In this document: piece by piece, positions 36,600 through 49,679 of the stretch
Numbering within the stretch: position 1 is the first letter of the stretch
Layout: each line of letters begins with the position of its first letter
NCBI RefSeq assembly: GCF_009834535.1
Contig: NC_045696.1
Location: 65,350,001-65,414,000 of the forward strand
Source: Camelus ferus
Taxonomy: Eukaryota
Direction: 5' to 3'
DNA: 64,000 nucleotides
Made by a program: the position numbers and the translations under genes
Notes under the pieces: model-generated
The model's database searches: none
Told to the model about the DNA's origin: nothing
Seen by the model: the letters and a program-made list of their open reading frames with translations, nothing else

Positions 36600-38930
36600 A
36601 ATAAGCTCAGATGAAAATATAATTTAAAAGAAGAAAATAAAAATAATATAAAGAAAAAATTTAAGTAATCAGAAAAATAATGAAAATGGAAGACAGGGAA
36701 AAGGAATAATTTTCATCTGATTGAAATCTATGGTGAATAAAAATGAAACAATGGACCAGAGCTAATCTTTAAAACGCTGATCCCAACCCAGAAATAGAAA
36801 AAGACCTGAATCTGCACAATGAAAAGGCTCACAAAGTACCTGGCAAAATTAACCCAGAATAATTATCTCTGAAACACATCCTAATAAAAAGACAAAGGTA
36901 AAATCTACAAGCTTCCAGAAGAATAATTTAAAAAGGCAAAAGAAGATTAGCATCAGAATTTTCAAGACTAGTATATAGAGCAAGGCAACAATGGAGCAGA
37001 ATTTTAAAAAATTAACAGCTTTATTGAGGTCTAACTGTTTCCCATGCCTTTCTATCACCAGCAAGCAACCGCTAACCTGTTCTCTGTCACTGTATTTGTA
37101 TTCTATATAAATAGAAACCTATAGTATGTATGCTTTTCTGCCTGGCTTCATTTATTAATTGTAATTATTTTGAAATTTACCCACTGATTCCTGTATCAAA
37201 TATCCAGTGTATAGATATACCACAATTTGTTCATCAGTCATCTTTTGATGGCTTCTTTAGTTGTTTCCCTTTATTGACCATTTCAAATGAAGCTACCCTG
37301 AACATTCCTGTACAACTCTTTGCACGGACATATGCTTTACTTCTCTTTGGTAAATAACTAGAAGGGAAATGGCTAGAATATATGATAGATGTATGCTTAA
37401 CTTTTCAAGAAACTGCCCAACTGTTTTCCAAAATAGTTGCACCACATTCTCTCTTGGGATGGTCAATATTTAGCTTTTTTGCACTTTTTTATTAAAGTAT
37501 CATCCTAAAAATTAAATTTTGGAGGGGATACCATTCAATTTCTTTTTTTAATGAGAAGTTTTATTTTTGTAAATTTTCTTGCAGTTGTAAGCATTAATAG
37601 AGAAAGATCCTAAGTGGTTTTTTTTTTTTTTTAAATAGCATTTGGTTCTTCTCTATGTTTCCTATTTCACTGTTGAGGCTTTGTATTTCTTTATTGCGAC
37701 TTTCCATTTTTTTATTTGTTTCATACATTTTAAAATTTCTCATTGAAGCATTTTTATGATGACTATTTCTAAATTTCTGTCCAGTAATTCTCATTTCTGA
37801 CATCCTAGTGTTGGCATCTATTGATTGTCTTTTTTTCATTCAGGGTGAGATCTATTAGTTTTCCAGTATAATGAGTGATTTTCAGTTGAAATCTGAATAG
37901 TTTGGGTGTTACATTATGAGATCCTGGCCTTTATTTAAATTTTCTATTTTAGCAGGTCTCTTCTGACACTGCTATCCAGAGGGAAAGGAAGGCACCACTG
38001 CCTTGCCACTGCCAGGTGGTAGCAGAAATCCAGGTTCCCTACTCAGCCTCTTTTGACAACCACCAGGGAGCAGGGCTCCTCATTACTGCTAGGTGCAGGT
38101 GCAACTTTAGACTACTCACTGGTCTGGCTGGGAAATGTAGGAGTGTCTCACCACTGTTCCCTCTGTGGCCTCCACCAATGCTTCAGAATAGACAGTGGCC
38201 CTCTGTTTGTCCACCAAACCTCCACCTACATCTCTGCAGTGGAGGGATGGTGAGGAGCTTCACTATTGGAAAGCTAAGTGGAATTTCCAGTTCTCCTCGT
38301 GGTCTATACTGCCACCAGGGGTGGGTGGCCTCTTCACATAGGCAGGATAAAAGTCCTGGGTTCCAGCTAGTCTCCTCTGTCACTATCCCATCAGCCCTGT
38401 GAGGGCAGAAGTCTAGGCTCCTCACTTGGCATTTGCAGGTTGAGTTGGGATGAGGCCACTTTTTTCCCTATGATGTTTAGCTAGAGGACAGTGGTTATTG
38501 TCTAGAAGTATTCTGTCTTGATAGGTTGCCCCTTTATTGGTACCTTGCTAGAGAGAGCAGTCTTGGGGTGGGTGGGTGGGGTTCTTCTGTCAGAAAGCCT
38601 TGGCAGTTTTGAGCTGCTGATTCCTAGGATATATGAGGCAAAACAAACAAACAAAACAAAACAAAACAAACACCAAGGAATTCAACATCAAGTCACTCCT
38701 AGGACTGCAAGATCCCTAGCCACTCCACCTTCTTTTCATCCTTCAGAGTCTTCATATGTTTATTTTACATATAATGTTCAAGGTTTTCATTTGTACTTAG
38801 CAGGATGATTAAGGAAAACTATGTCTGCTCCATTTTCCCAGAAGCAGAAGTTCTGGAGCAGCATTTAAAAAATATATCGATGGAAAAATATGTAAGCCAA
38901 GGTTTTTATATCCAACCAAGCTATTTCAAC
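36600..38930 (+). mobile_element. HAL1 / L1 ORF1-like element split by a minus-strand L1
   Basis: AAAGACCTGAATCTGCACAATGAAAAGGCTCAC...GCAACAATGGAGCAG stops at ~37005 and resumes at 38854 (TAAGCCAAGGTTTTTATATCCAACCAAGCT). Confidence 0.65.
37006..38853 (-). mobile_element. Internally deleted L1M with 5' UTR, ORF1 start and 3' end
   Basis: 5' end GAACTTCTGCTTCTGGGAAAATGG; ORF 37594-37839 is ORF1-like coiled coil; 3' end AACAGCTTTATTGAGG; flanking repeat TGGAGCAG(A/C)ATTT. Confidence 0.75.
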
Positions 38931-38934
38931 CCTT

Positions 38935-39680
38935 TACAGCACATACCATTAACTCTCTCAGTGTATTTTCAATCTTGGACATTGCAGTTATCTCTAGAAG
39001 TTCAACTTAGATTTATTTTTTATATCTTCCCTTGTCTCTACTGAACATATCAGTCTTTTCTCCTGCTTCTTGAACATGTGAAATACAATTATAATTTCTC
39101 TTTAAAGTCTTTGAATCCTAATTCTATTACTTACATCAGTTTGAGGTTGGTTTTGATTGGTTTTTCTCCTTATTATAGGTAGCATTTTCCTGCTTCTTTT
39201 CACGCCTGGTAATTTTATTAATTGAATTCCAAATACTGTAAACTGTGCATTATTTAACACTAGATAGCTTCATAGTCCTATAAATATTCATGAGTTTTGT
39301 TCTGAGCCATTCTTAAGATTTTTGGAAGATGTTTGATCTTTTAAGGTCTTGCTTTTATGTTGTTAGATTGCATCACTTAGTTTAGATTTAATTATTCCTT
39401 TTCTGAGGCAGCATTCTTCTGGTTTCTTTATTTTATCCCCATGAATAATAAGCATTTATGCTCTGACTAGTAAGAAAAGTCACTATTCCTAGTCCTTAAC
39501 CATCCTCAGTGATTGTTCTTTTTAATGTTTTGAGGTAGTTCTTTTCTCATCCTCGAATAATTTCTTCAAGCACATGTGCTGATTGGGAATTCACTCAGTA
39601 TTCATGGGGGGTACTATGCAGATCTTCAGAGTTCTTTCTCTGTGAAGTTGTCTCCTTGCCAGTATACTACCCTTAAGAGG
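38935..39680 (-). mobile_element. Ancient L1M 5' UTR/ORF1 fragment
   Basis: Antisense L1M text (TTCTTGAACATGTGAAATACAATTATAAT...GCATTTTCCTGCTTCTTTTCACGCCTGGTAATTTT). Confidence 0.65.
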
Positions 39681-39740
39681 AAATACTGAAGGAAGCTGTC
39701 TGAGGGGTGTAAGTAAATTATTTAGTACTATCTTGCAATT

Positions 39741-39860
39741 ATTTTGGGGGAGGAGATAATTAGGGTTTACTTATTTATTTTTTTAATGGAGATACTGGGG
39801 ATTGAACCCAGGACCTTGCACATGCAAGGCACACACTCTATCCCTGGGCTATACCCTTCC
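39741..39860 (-). mobile_element. tRNA-derived camelid SINE (Vic-1-like)
   Basis: Minus strand GGAAGGGTATAGCCCAGGGATAGAG (A box)...GGTTCAATCCCC (B box)...AAACCCTAATTATCTCCTCCCCC; perfect 13-bp TSD CTATCTTGCAATT at 39728-39740 and 39861-39873. Confidence 0.9.
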
Positions 39861-39909
39861 CTATCTTGCAATTTTTATGAGTCTAAAATTATTTTTAAGT
39901 AAAAAGCTT

Positions 39910-41590
39910 AGAAATTAAAAATATATACTTATATTTAGCAAAGTATGTGCAAGACCTATACATTGAATGTCCATATTACCCAAAGAAATCTACAGATTCA
40001 ATGAAATGCCTATCAAAATCCCAAAACCATTTTTTATAGAAGTAGAAAATAAACAATTCTAGAAGTCATGTGGAACCAAAAAGACCACAAATAGCTAAAT
40101 CAATCTTAAGATGAACAAAGATGGATGTAGTACTCTTCCTCATCTCAAAATATACTCAAAGCTATAGCAATATACATACGGTCCTGCCACAAAAACAGAC
40201 ATATCAATCAACAGAACAGACTCGAGAACCCAGAAAAGATCCCCATGTATACAGCTACCCGATCGCTGGCAAAGGTGCCAAGAATACACAACGGGGAAAG
40301 ATAGTATCTTCAACACAGTGTTGGGAAAGTTTGATACTCACATGCAAAAGAATGAAACTGGAACTTTATCTTACATTATAAACAAAAATAAACTCAAAAC
40401 TAATTACAGTCTTAAATGGGAGATCTGAAATCATAAAATTCCTAGAAGGACAGATAAAGAAAATCTCCATGATGTTGGTCCTGGCAATGATTTCATGGAT
40501 ATGACACCAAAATATAGGCAATAAAAACAAAAATAAACAGATGGGACTACATCAAACTAAACAGTTTCTGCATAGCGAAAGAAATAATAAATAGAGTGAA
40601 AAGGCAGCTTATAGAATGGGACTAAAATGTTTAAAACCATACATCTGATAAGAAGTTAATGCACAAATTATATAAGGAACTTCCACAATTCAACAGCAAA
40701 AAAACCTAGTAACTCAGTTTTAAAATGGGCTAAAGGACTTGAATAAGTATCTCCAAACAACCACACAAATGGTCAACAGATATATGAAAAACTGCTCAAT
40801 GTCATGAATCAGAAGGGAAATGCAAATCAAAACCACAATGAAATATCACCTTACACCTATTTAGGATGCCTACTATAAAATGTATGTGTGTGTGTGTTGA
40901 CAAGGATGTAGAGATGTTAGAACCCTTGCATACTTGTTGGTATAAATGCAGAATGATGTAGATGTTATGGAAAATAGTATGAGCTTTCTCAAAAAAATAA
41001 AAACAGAACTATTATACAATCCAAAAATCCCACTTCTGGGTATTTATCCAAAATAATTAAAATCAAGATCTTGAAATGTCAGCACCCCCATGCTCATTAC
41101 AGCACCATTCACAATAGCCAAGATATGGGAACAACCTAAATGTTGGTTTGTTGAATAGATTAAAAAATATATACATATACATATATATATGTATATATAT
41201 ATATATTATTCACCCTTAAAAAAGAAAAAAATTGCAATATGTAACAAGAAGAATGAACCTTGAGGACATTAGGCTAAATAAAATCAGCCAGTCACAGAAA
41301 GACACATACTTCATGATTCCACTTATCTGAGGCCCCTAAACTAGTCAAATTCATAGAATCAAACAATGGAATCATGCTTTCAGGGCCTACTAGGAGGGAG
41401 GAAATAGCACAATACTAAAACATGGGTATAAAATTTCAGTTATGCAAGATGAATAATCTTGAATTACTGCAAGATGAATAATCTGCTCTACAACATTGTA
41501 TCTCTAGTTAACAATACTGTATTGCACACTTAAAAAATTTAAGAGTAGATCTCATGTTAAGTAGTCTTCTCACAATAAAATAAATGTTTT
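39910..41590 (+). mobile_element. L1MA/L1MB-class ORF2 3' half and 3' UTR
   Basis: ATCTACAGATTCAATGAAATGCCTATCAAAATCCCA, GATGGGACTACATCAAACTAAA, GAAATGCAAATCAAAACCACAATG; 3' end GTAGATCTCATGTTAAG...CACAATAAAA. Confidence 0.9.
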
Positions 41591-41619
41591 GAAGTAATGA
41601 TGAAAGTTTGGTGTCCTAA

Positions 41620-41775
41620 TTGGGATATTTTCTAAGTGTAAAATACATCCTGGATTTTGAAAAGTTCATACTTAAAAATAATGCACAATATCCATTAATA
41701 TTAATATTTTAATATGGGCTGTGTATTGAAATGATAGGTATAATGGGTTAAATAAAATACTTTATTAAAATTTTA
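41620..41775 (+). mobile_element. MER33-like hAT-Charlie fragment
   Basis: AAGTGTAAAATACATCCTGGATTTTGAA...GGGTTAAATAAAATACTTTATTAAAATT. Confidence 0.7.
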
Positions 41776-41799
41776 AAAATCTTAAAATTAAGTAATGAC

Positions 41800-42608
41800 A
41801 GTATAATATGAGTAAAATACTTGAGCACACATTTCTCAGCAGGAGATATATAAATGGGTAATAAGTGCATGACAATATATTTTAAAACATCTTTATTCAT
41901 CAGAGACATGCAAAGTAAATCCATAATTTGATAATACTATACATACATAAGAATGGTAAGAATGGTCAAAATTAAAGACTGAAAACACCAGCTGCTGAAA
42001 AAAAGATGGGCCAAATAAAACTCATTCATTCCTGATGGAAATGTGAAATGATAGCCCTGCTTTGGACAATAATTTATCAGCTTCTTATAAACTTACACTT
42101 GCATCTACTACATGACCCAGCAATTCTGTAACTAGATATTTACTCCAAAGAAATAAAAACCTATAACTTACACAAAATCTTGAACATCTATTAAAGAAAA
42201 ATAAAATGAAAATCACCCAAATGTCTATCAACACATGAACATATCCTAAGATAGTTGTACCATAGGATAATTCTCAGAAACAGTGGATACATGTAACAAT
42301 AGGATAAAATCACAAAACTTTTACTGGGTCAAAGCAGTCAGACCAAAAAGAATACTGTTTGATTCCACTTATCTGAGACTTCTGACCAAGCAAAACTATC
42401 GCCTAGTGGCAGAAAGAAGGCTAATAACCGCCTGAAGGAGGGATTACCTACAAAGGGCCCAAAGAAATATTCTGGGTGATATAAAAACATGTTGATTGGG
42501 GTGGTGGTTACATGAGGGAGTATATTTATCAAAACTTATCTAACTCTGCACTTAAAATGGGGGCATTTATGATTCATAAATTAGACTAAAATAAAGTTGA
42601 CTGAAAAA
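41800..42608 (+). mobile_element. L1ME/MC-class ORF2 end and 3' UTR
   Basis: CTACATGACCCAGCAATTC...CCCAAATGTCTATCAAC...AATACTGTTTGATTCCACTTA...AATAAAGTTGA. Confidence 0.8.
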
Positions 42609-44684
42609 TCATAACACACTCTTCTTAGTTGTTCTGTAGGTCATTAGGAAGGACTTAGGTCCACTGAATTCTCCCTCCAGGGTTGTAGCAGTGATATCCA
42701 TGTCAGCCTGCTGTACAGAACTGACCCCATTAAAATGAAAATCTCACAAGGGTCATTTATGAGAGTGGAGCCACATGTTTGCATGATACTGATACTGATA
42801 TAGAAGACTCTAAAAAAAAAATAGATCATTGTACTTATATGAGTCCATGCCATAGGAAACACTTAGAAGAACCTCAAAAACACTTTGCGAGCTCCTAATC
42901 TCTTATAACAAATATTTTCAAGGGTCATTCCATTGCTATTTATGTTTTAGTGCAATATATTAATGGAAGGTGGGATACAAGAAAGCATTGTTGAATACCT
43001 ATTACATCCTAGACATTGTTGAGCTACAAAGATGAAAGCTGTACCATAGGAACCTTAAGTATAAAGAGGAAAACAGACATGCACAAAAGTAACTCTAAGG
43101 CAAGGGCTTTCCTACAAAGATGCAGTAACAAAGAAATATTCCAGGAAGTAGCACATTTATGATGCAGACAAAACTTTAACAGCCACCCTAAAAACCACAC
43201 TTGGCAGACAAAATAACGTGTTGAAAAGACACCATCAATCTAAACTTTTTTAAAACCATAAAATGAAGAGCATTCTCTGTGTTCACATTTGCAAATGCAT
43301 CCTTCCAGCAAAGCTCAAATAGCACATCGAATTAGCTGAAGCATTCAGTTCAAAATTAGTACTGAAATAGAGTCCTGGAAGCTCAAATAACCACCCTCAT
43401 CCGTGCCATAAGAGAGTAATTTAGCTCTGCCTAAGGGGCAATATGTTTCATAAAACCCCTATCTTTTTTTTTCTATGATATAATGCAACTAGTCTTAAAG
43501 GGTTTTGCCTTTAAAAAGTCTCCAGCAAAATAACCCAGAATTACCATATCTTCAATTAAACATACTGCACTGCTCAAGGGTGACTGAACTTGAATACAGT
43601 GTTAAGACTACAAAATCTAAGAGCTGCAACTGCTCTGTTAACTGGCTAATCTAGCCTCAGTGAGAATATTAAAAAGGGGAATATAGATCTTTTTCATTAA
43701 TGGAAATAATTTTCTATCTGGTAAGTTTTCCCCTGGATTGCAGGCTCTACACATCCTAACTGACCCTCCATTTCTCATATCCCAAATGTAGCTGATTTTT
43801 TTTTAAGGTGCAGTTCAATCATCAACTTCTGAATGCATCCTTGATTTTCTTAGAATAAGGGGAAATCTTCCTTTGAACTTCTTTAACACATTCTATTCTA
43901 CAATTTTTAAATATATCACTATTTTCCACACGTTATAGTTACGTGTTCACCTCATTCAACTGGATTTCAAGTCCTTTGATCCCAAAATATGTTTTATATA
44001 CATTAGTAAACTGGTATCTTCAAGGAATCTGATACTCTGCTGAAGGCAGAGTAAATTAAGAAATTCCTAATTAAAGTAATATAGAAACAACAAAAAGTCT
44101 GTTCATGAGAAGAGAGTTCTATTTAAAATTTCTATTAGTATACTTTCATCTAAATCAAATCTTGGTCCTACTATGGGTTAAAAGTATCTCTTGGAATTCC
44201 TAAAGATTTCTGTTCTAATTTCATGATTTTGCTTGAAGATTTTACTTCACACACAAAAACAGGTTTGAAGAAAAATATGAAGGAAGAAAGCAGTAGGAAA
44301 AAAACAAGGTAAGAACTTGTCTGATGTAGTAGAAACCAAAGAAAACACTGCAGGAAGGAGGTAACAGAACCTGTTTTGATAGATGTAAACTAACTCAAAT
44401 GACTGACAATTATATCATAAACTCATCAATATGAATGTGTGTCAATTCTTTTATGCAAATACTCTAATCTTACTGAGTTGTACAGTCATCCAAGATCTGA
44501 ACTGATAAAGTCATCTCCCTATTTGGAATATTTGGGTGATTTTCACGTGAACAGAATGTTCATTTCATTCTTTTACTAGAAAGAAGAGGCATGTTTCTCA
44601 GATTGTAGGCAAAGGAAAAAGATCCTAATTCAGGTAAATTGGGCTGTGCACATCTAAACGGGGGGGGGGTGACAGAATTTAAAA

Positions 44685-45316
44685 TGTAGCCATTAAGGTG
44701 TGTCTCTGAGGTACTCCTTTTTTAACCCAAAGGGTATTTGCTGAGTAATGAAACTTTAAAACTCCACAGGTAGGTTTGACTCCCATGAGGTTTGACTCAG
44801 GTACTCAAGTGTTTTCTCCAGGACCTGAATTTTTCCCTCCATCCCTTGTCCTATTTTCTCTGCATCAGACCTATATTCAAAAGCACTCTGTCTTTGCAGT
44901 GACATTACTCTTTTAAGATTAACTGCTCTGAGGATCAGAGGTGACTGAATCCCACTGCTATTCCACTGGATCTCCTTAGACAAGAACATGGAAGCCATAT
45001 TTCCTTAGGCTGGTCGCTCCCAGAGAATAACTGTGCCTGTTGACTGTAGTAGTGGACCCTTCCTGTCTGAAAAAGCAATTTTGCTTGAGGATTCCCATTG
45101 ACTGATACATTTTTAATACCAGGCTGAGGTCTGAGAGGGTAGGATGAGCCCAGCTTTCCTTTCCTTTTTGTTTCTCTAAGTGTCTAACTCCCTCACTATC
45201 TGAAACCTCTAACTGCCAACTTCTGCTCCCTTCTCTTTTCACGATTTGCAAGTATTTCCCTCAATAAATTACCAGTCGTGTCTTGGCTTCCACTTCTCAA
45301 GAGACCTAAACTGAAT
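44685..45316 (+). mobile_element. Old ERVL LTR (LTR33/40/41-like)
   Basis: TG start; polyA signal CCTCAATAAA followed by GTCTTGGCTTCCACTTCTCAAGAGACCTAAACTGA. Confidence 0.5.
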
Positions 45317-45465
45317 GAAAAGGATATTCCTTTAGATTTATTCGCCTCACAGGTAAAGACTCAGATTTAAGCCATTCACCTAAATATACCTGGAATTTTT
45401 CCTAAGCCTCATACTCCAACCTGTGATTCACTAAAAGATACTTTCTTCTGTGTAGTGCCTAGAGC

Positions 45466-46235
45466 ACTGATTCTCAAAATTCTGAGAATTATTCTCAAGC
45501 ATGCTTTATTTAAAAAGAAAATTTTAAAGCATGGTTCTACCTCAAGATTGTGATAAAGTTTAAAAATAAACAATAAAAAATACACAAGAATATATATTTT
45601 TAACAATCTCCTCTAGGTAAATTTGGTAAATAACCATGTGTATGAATTTTCTGTTACTGCATTACAAATTAACATAAATTTAGTCTCATAAAAACACATA
45701 ATTACCTCACAGTTTATATAGGTCAGAAGTTTAGCCATGGCTTAGCTGGTTTCTCAGCTCAGGGTCTCACAAGGCTGTACTCAAGTTGTTGGCTGTGCTT
45801 TATTCTCATCTGGGGATTCAAGCAGGAAAGCATCTGCTTCCAAGTATATGCAGATGTTAGTGGAATCCATATTCATGCAGCTGTATACTGAGATCCGCAA
45901 CATTTTGCTGGGTTGAGGCCCCTTGCAGTTCCGTAAAGGCTGCTCACAAGCTCCCCAACCTGTGGCTCTCTTCACAGGTAGCTCATAACATTGTTATCTA
46001 CTTCCTTGAGGCCAATAGAAGAATTTCTTTCTCCAGTCTGTTAAGATGCATCCTGATACAACAAAACATAATCACAGGGGTGGCATCCCATCACCTTGCC
46101 ATTATTATATAAAACAAATTAGGAGGAAGTCATGGATCCTACCTAGAGTCAAGGGGAAAGATTACATACCGGCTTCGATCATGGGGATCACCTTAGGGTG
46201 TTTCCCTACTCTGGGTTTGGGAAACTTCAGCCTAG
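45466..46235 (+). mobile_element. MER5-like MITE split by MLT1
   Basis: CACTGATTCTCAAA...TTTTAACAATCTCCTCTAGGTAAATT at left; GGTTTGGGAAACTTCAGCCTAG resumes after the LTR. Confidence 0.55.
45639..46211 (-). mobile_element. MLT1E/F-like MaLR solo LTR
   Basis: CTCACAGTTTATATAGGTCAGAAGTTTAGCCATGGCTTAGCTGG...CTCAGGGTCTCACAAGGCTG...GGGATCACCTTAGGG. Confidence 0.85.
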
Positions 46236-47099
46236 ATGAGAATATGCTTTATCTCAAAAAGTGGAACTAACATGACCTAGTTACATAGTAAGTTTTAAGA
46301 ACTGTGCCTCTACCTTCTTTTCAACTTTAAAGGTAAGATTGCTGTTCCGTCAGACATAAAGAGGACTAGGAAGCATCTAAGTGGCATTCAGATCGCCTTA
46401 CTGTTCCCTATTTTCAGATCTGATAGGAGATTTTTATAGCCAAATGTCCAAACAGAAGAAAAATACATTTTAGACCTCTAAAAGTTTCTGTAGCAGAGAA
46501 GGACAGACATCAAAGGAAAAATCTTCCTCTGAACTGAATTCACTACAACATACATAATAACATTTTAGAAGAGCCCCGTTGTGAAGAACTTAGTACAATT
46601 AATCAGAATTTGAACACCTGATACAACTTATTGTGTGACTTTGAATGAATGAACAAATGAGTTCCTCTTACTCTGTTTCCTCCTTTGTAATGGGAGTAGG
46701 AGAACCCATGTTAAGGAATGCTTCTGACAGTTCTATTTGATAATATATATAAAGACAAATTTGTGTGATAAAAGGCTTTATGGAAAACAAAATGGAGTGG
46801 TTTGATATAAATTCATATGGCAGGCAGGAAATAAATGATGTCACAGCAGAGAAAAAAATAAATAGATGGTAATCTTGAAAATAATACAAAATTCAAAGGT
46901 AAAGGGTACACATTTTTAACTTAAATGATATAAAATAGAAGTATTAAAATAGATGAATACAGAGAATAGCTTATTAACTTTTTAAAAAACAACTCTTAGA
47001 TTTCTTGACCACAATCTAAATTTTAGAGGCTACTAGTGTAATATCCGAAATGTATTAAGGGAAAGAGGCCAAAATATAGAATTTTCTACTAAACCAAAT

Positions 47100-48870
47100 T
47101 GTTGCTGAAAGAGAGTTAAAGGGAATAACTTTTTATGTATTCAGGATTGATAAAAACATATTACTAATGTCTATTACTACTGAGAAAATTATTTAAACAC
47201 ACAAGCCATAACCAAGATATGACTCCAAATAAATAAACCAAAAAGTGTGATAAATAGGATAGGAACGAACTAGCATTTATGGCCAATGAAAGAGTTGTGT
47301 GTAGAGATTTGTCTAAATAACTACTGACATTGTGATCACAATAGGTAAAACAATAAGATTATACATGTTTTAAAATATATGTATATTTTTAACTCTAGGT
47401 ATCACAATCTTAGATTTTCAACCAAGAAATTTGATTAGTAAAACAAATATTCTCTGTCATCTTTGATAAATGAGTATCACACTTGTTTTTCTAGTTTGAA
47501 AATTAGGTAAGCATTAGTTAAATCATATGCTGAAAGAAATCTTTATATATACATATAAAAATAAGCATAGCAGTCTAGAATATGTATGACATTTATTATA
47601 TTTTACTATGAAGAGACATTTTTTAGTTTGTATGTTTCAAAAAAAAAATCTGTAATTTGCTTATGTGGTTTAAAATAACATGAAATTGTAAGGTTAAATA
47701 AAAGCAAAATAAATATGTCAAGGAAACATAAACAAGCAACAGATTATTATTAATAAAAATATATATAATTTAAAGAGGAAACCAACAAAAATATATACAG
47801 CTTCATTTTATAGTAAAGAAACAGACACATTAAAAATAACCATACTAACATTAATAAAAACAATAAAATAGCACTAAATACAGATAAATATACCAAAGGA
47901 AACTTTTAAAAAAGGGTCAGATTTAGCTCCACAAAAACTAAAAAATAGTAAAAGAGAATTTATTCACAGTATATTTTCTAATTAAAATTGAATAGAACTT
48001 GACATTAAATAAATTTAAATAATTCAAAATTTTTCAGCGGCTTGAATATTCAAAAATATTGTTTTATATAATTCTGGATCAAGGTGAAATTTTAATATAC
48101 TATGAGTCAATACTTAAAAATAAATATAAACAGACAAAAATTAATTAAATTTGAACAAAGGTAAGTTCATAAACCTAAATACTTTCATTATTTGAAAACA
48201 GAGAGGAAATAAATTAGCTGAGCTGAATAAATCAAATGGCAAAGAAAAAAGTAAACTAAATAAATTAACATGCTGAAAAATAGTAGTATTTTAAAAATAT
48301 ACAGGTTGTATTTTTTAAAAGTAGTAATATTAGAAAGTACCTGGAAAACTCAGTCAAGAAAAATGTAGAAATGATCTTTTGCAAGAAAAAGAAGGGAGTT
48401 GTAGTGATATATTGGACTTGAGCAGATTTTATACACTACAGAAATAATTTAATTTTGATAATTAAAAAAAAGTTTTCAAAAATGTAAACTTTTAAAGAAA
48501 AAATGTGAATTCGCTTTAAAATACTTTAAAATGAGAAAACTTTACCAATGACTATGAATAATATAACACCTATTAAGTAATAAAATATTTAAGCTAAGAT
48601 TTAGTGAAAACAGTGTGACCCTGTTGTGATATTAAGTTACTAATGAAAAATAATCTTCAGTCCTTTAAAATGCTAATGAACACTAACTATATCATGATAT
48701 GAAAAATACTTACAGAATAAAGTCAAGTAAAAATTTGAAGAAAAGATTTCCATATACTCTTAATGTAAAATTCAAAATTTAATCATAAGTTCTATAAAAT
48801 CTGTAATTCTAAAGACTGAAAATAATACTCAAATGTTAACAGTAATTATGACTGCATTTTTCCTTCTATT
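47100..48870 (+). mobile_element. Highly decayed, very A-rich L1M(E) remnants
   Basis: Strong A-strand bias with sporadic L1 ORF2-like words (ATAATTCTGGATCAAGG, AAACCTAAATACTTTCATTA). Confidence 0.45.
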
Positions 48871-48879
48871 TTTAAGTTT

Positions 48880-49570
48880 CTTCTGGTTCTTTGGTACAGA
48901 CATTATTCTAGGTCCAATATATACAGCATTAAAGAGAAAGAAAGAAAGAAAAAAGCCTCATCTTCGTGAAGCCTCTATCCTAGTGAGGGAGACAAAGGGA
49001 TGTGTGAGTGTGAATGTGTGTTTGTGTGTACGTATCTTGAAATACTGACAGATGCCATGAATACTGAAGAAAAAAAAAAAAGACGTTGAGATAAAGAGTG
49101 ATGTAAAGATGCCAGCACAGATAAATTTTCTCTGAGGATTTGTTATCTAAGAGGACATGTAAATAAAGAAAGGGATTGAGCCATATGACAATTTGGGCAA
49201 GTTCATTAATTTCAAGAGAACATCACATACAAGGCCCTGAGGTAGGAATACGCATGAAGGTTCCAGGAAAGGTAAGAAGGTCAATGGGGGTTGAGTGGAT
49301 TGAGTGAGAAAAAGAGTTATAGGAGATGTTTGACAGCATACAGGGCTTTGGGAATTATGTAAAGAACTTCGGATTTTCTTCTGTATGACATGGGAAGTCA
49401 CTGGATAGTTCTGAGTAGGAAATGATGTGATGTGATTTACTTTTTAAAATTATTACTTTGGCTGCTAAATTTATGTTTGAAAATTATTACCTTGGCTACT
49501 CAGTTGACCTACACCAAGTGAGACAGGAAGTGAGTAAAGAAATAAGACCTATTAAAAGGGAGTATCACAA
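48880..49570 (-). mobile_element. L2 LINE
   Basis: CCTCATCTTCGTGAAGCCTCTATCCTAGTGAGGGAGACA...AAGGCCCTGAGGTAGGAA...ATGGGAAGTCACTGGATAGTTCTGAG. Confidence 0.85.
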
Positions 49571-49679
49571 GCAAAAGGTTAAACTAGTTAGGGATGTTTA
49601 TTAAGTGAGTATGTGTCACTCCAATAACTTAAACATATGATTCAGCAGTAAAAACCTGAGAAAATTATTTGCTTTTATA

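Noticed and set aside
37960..38810. GC-richer block with several overlapping ORFs
   Set aside because: It is the antisense 5' UTR of an old L1; CpG-depleted, so not a promoter island
39785..39860. tRNA-like sequence
   Set aside because: SINE head with tail and TSD and a degenerate A box; not a tRNA gene
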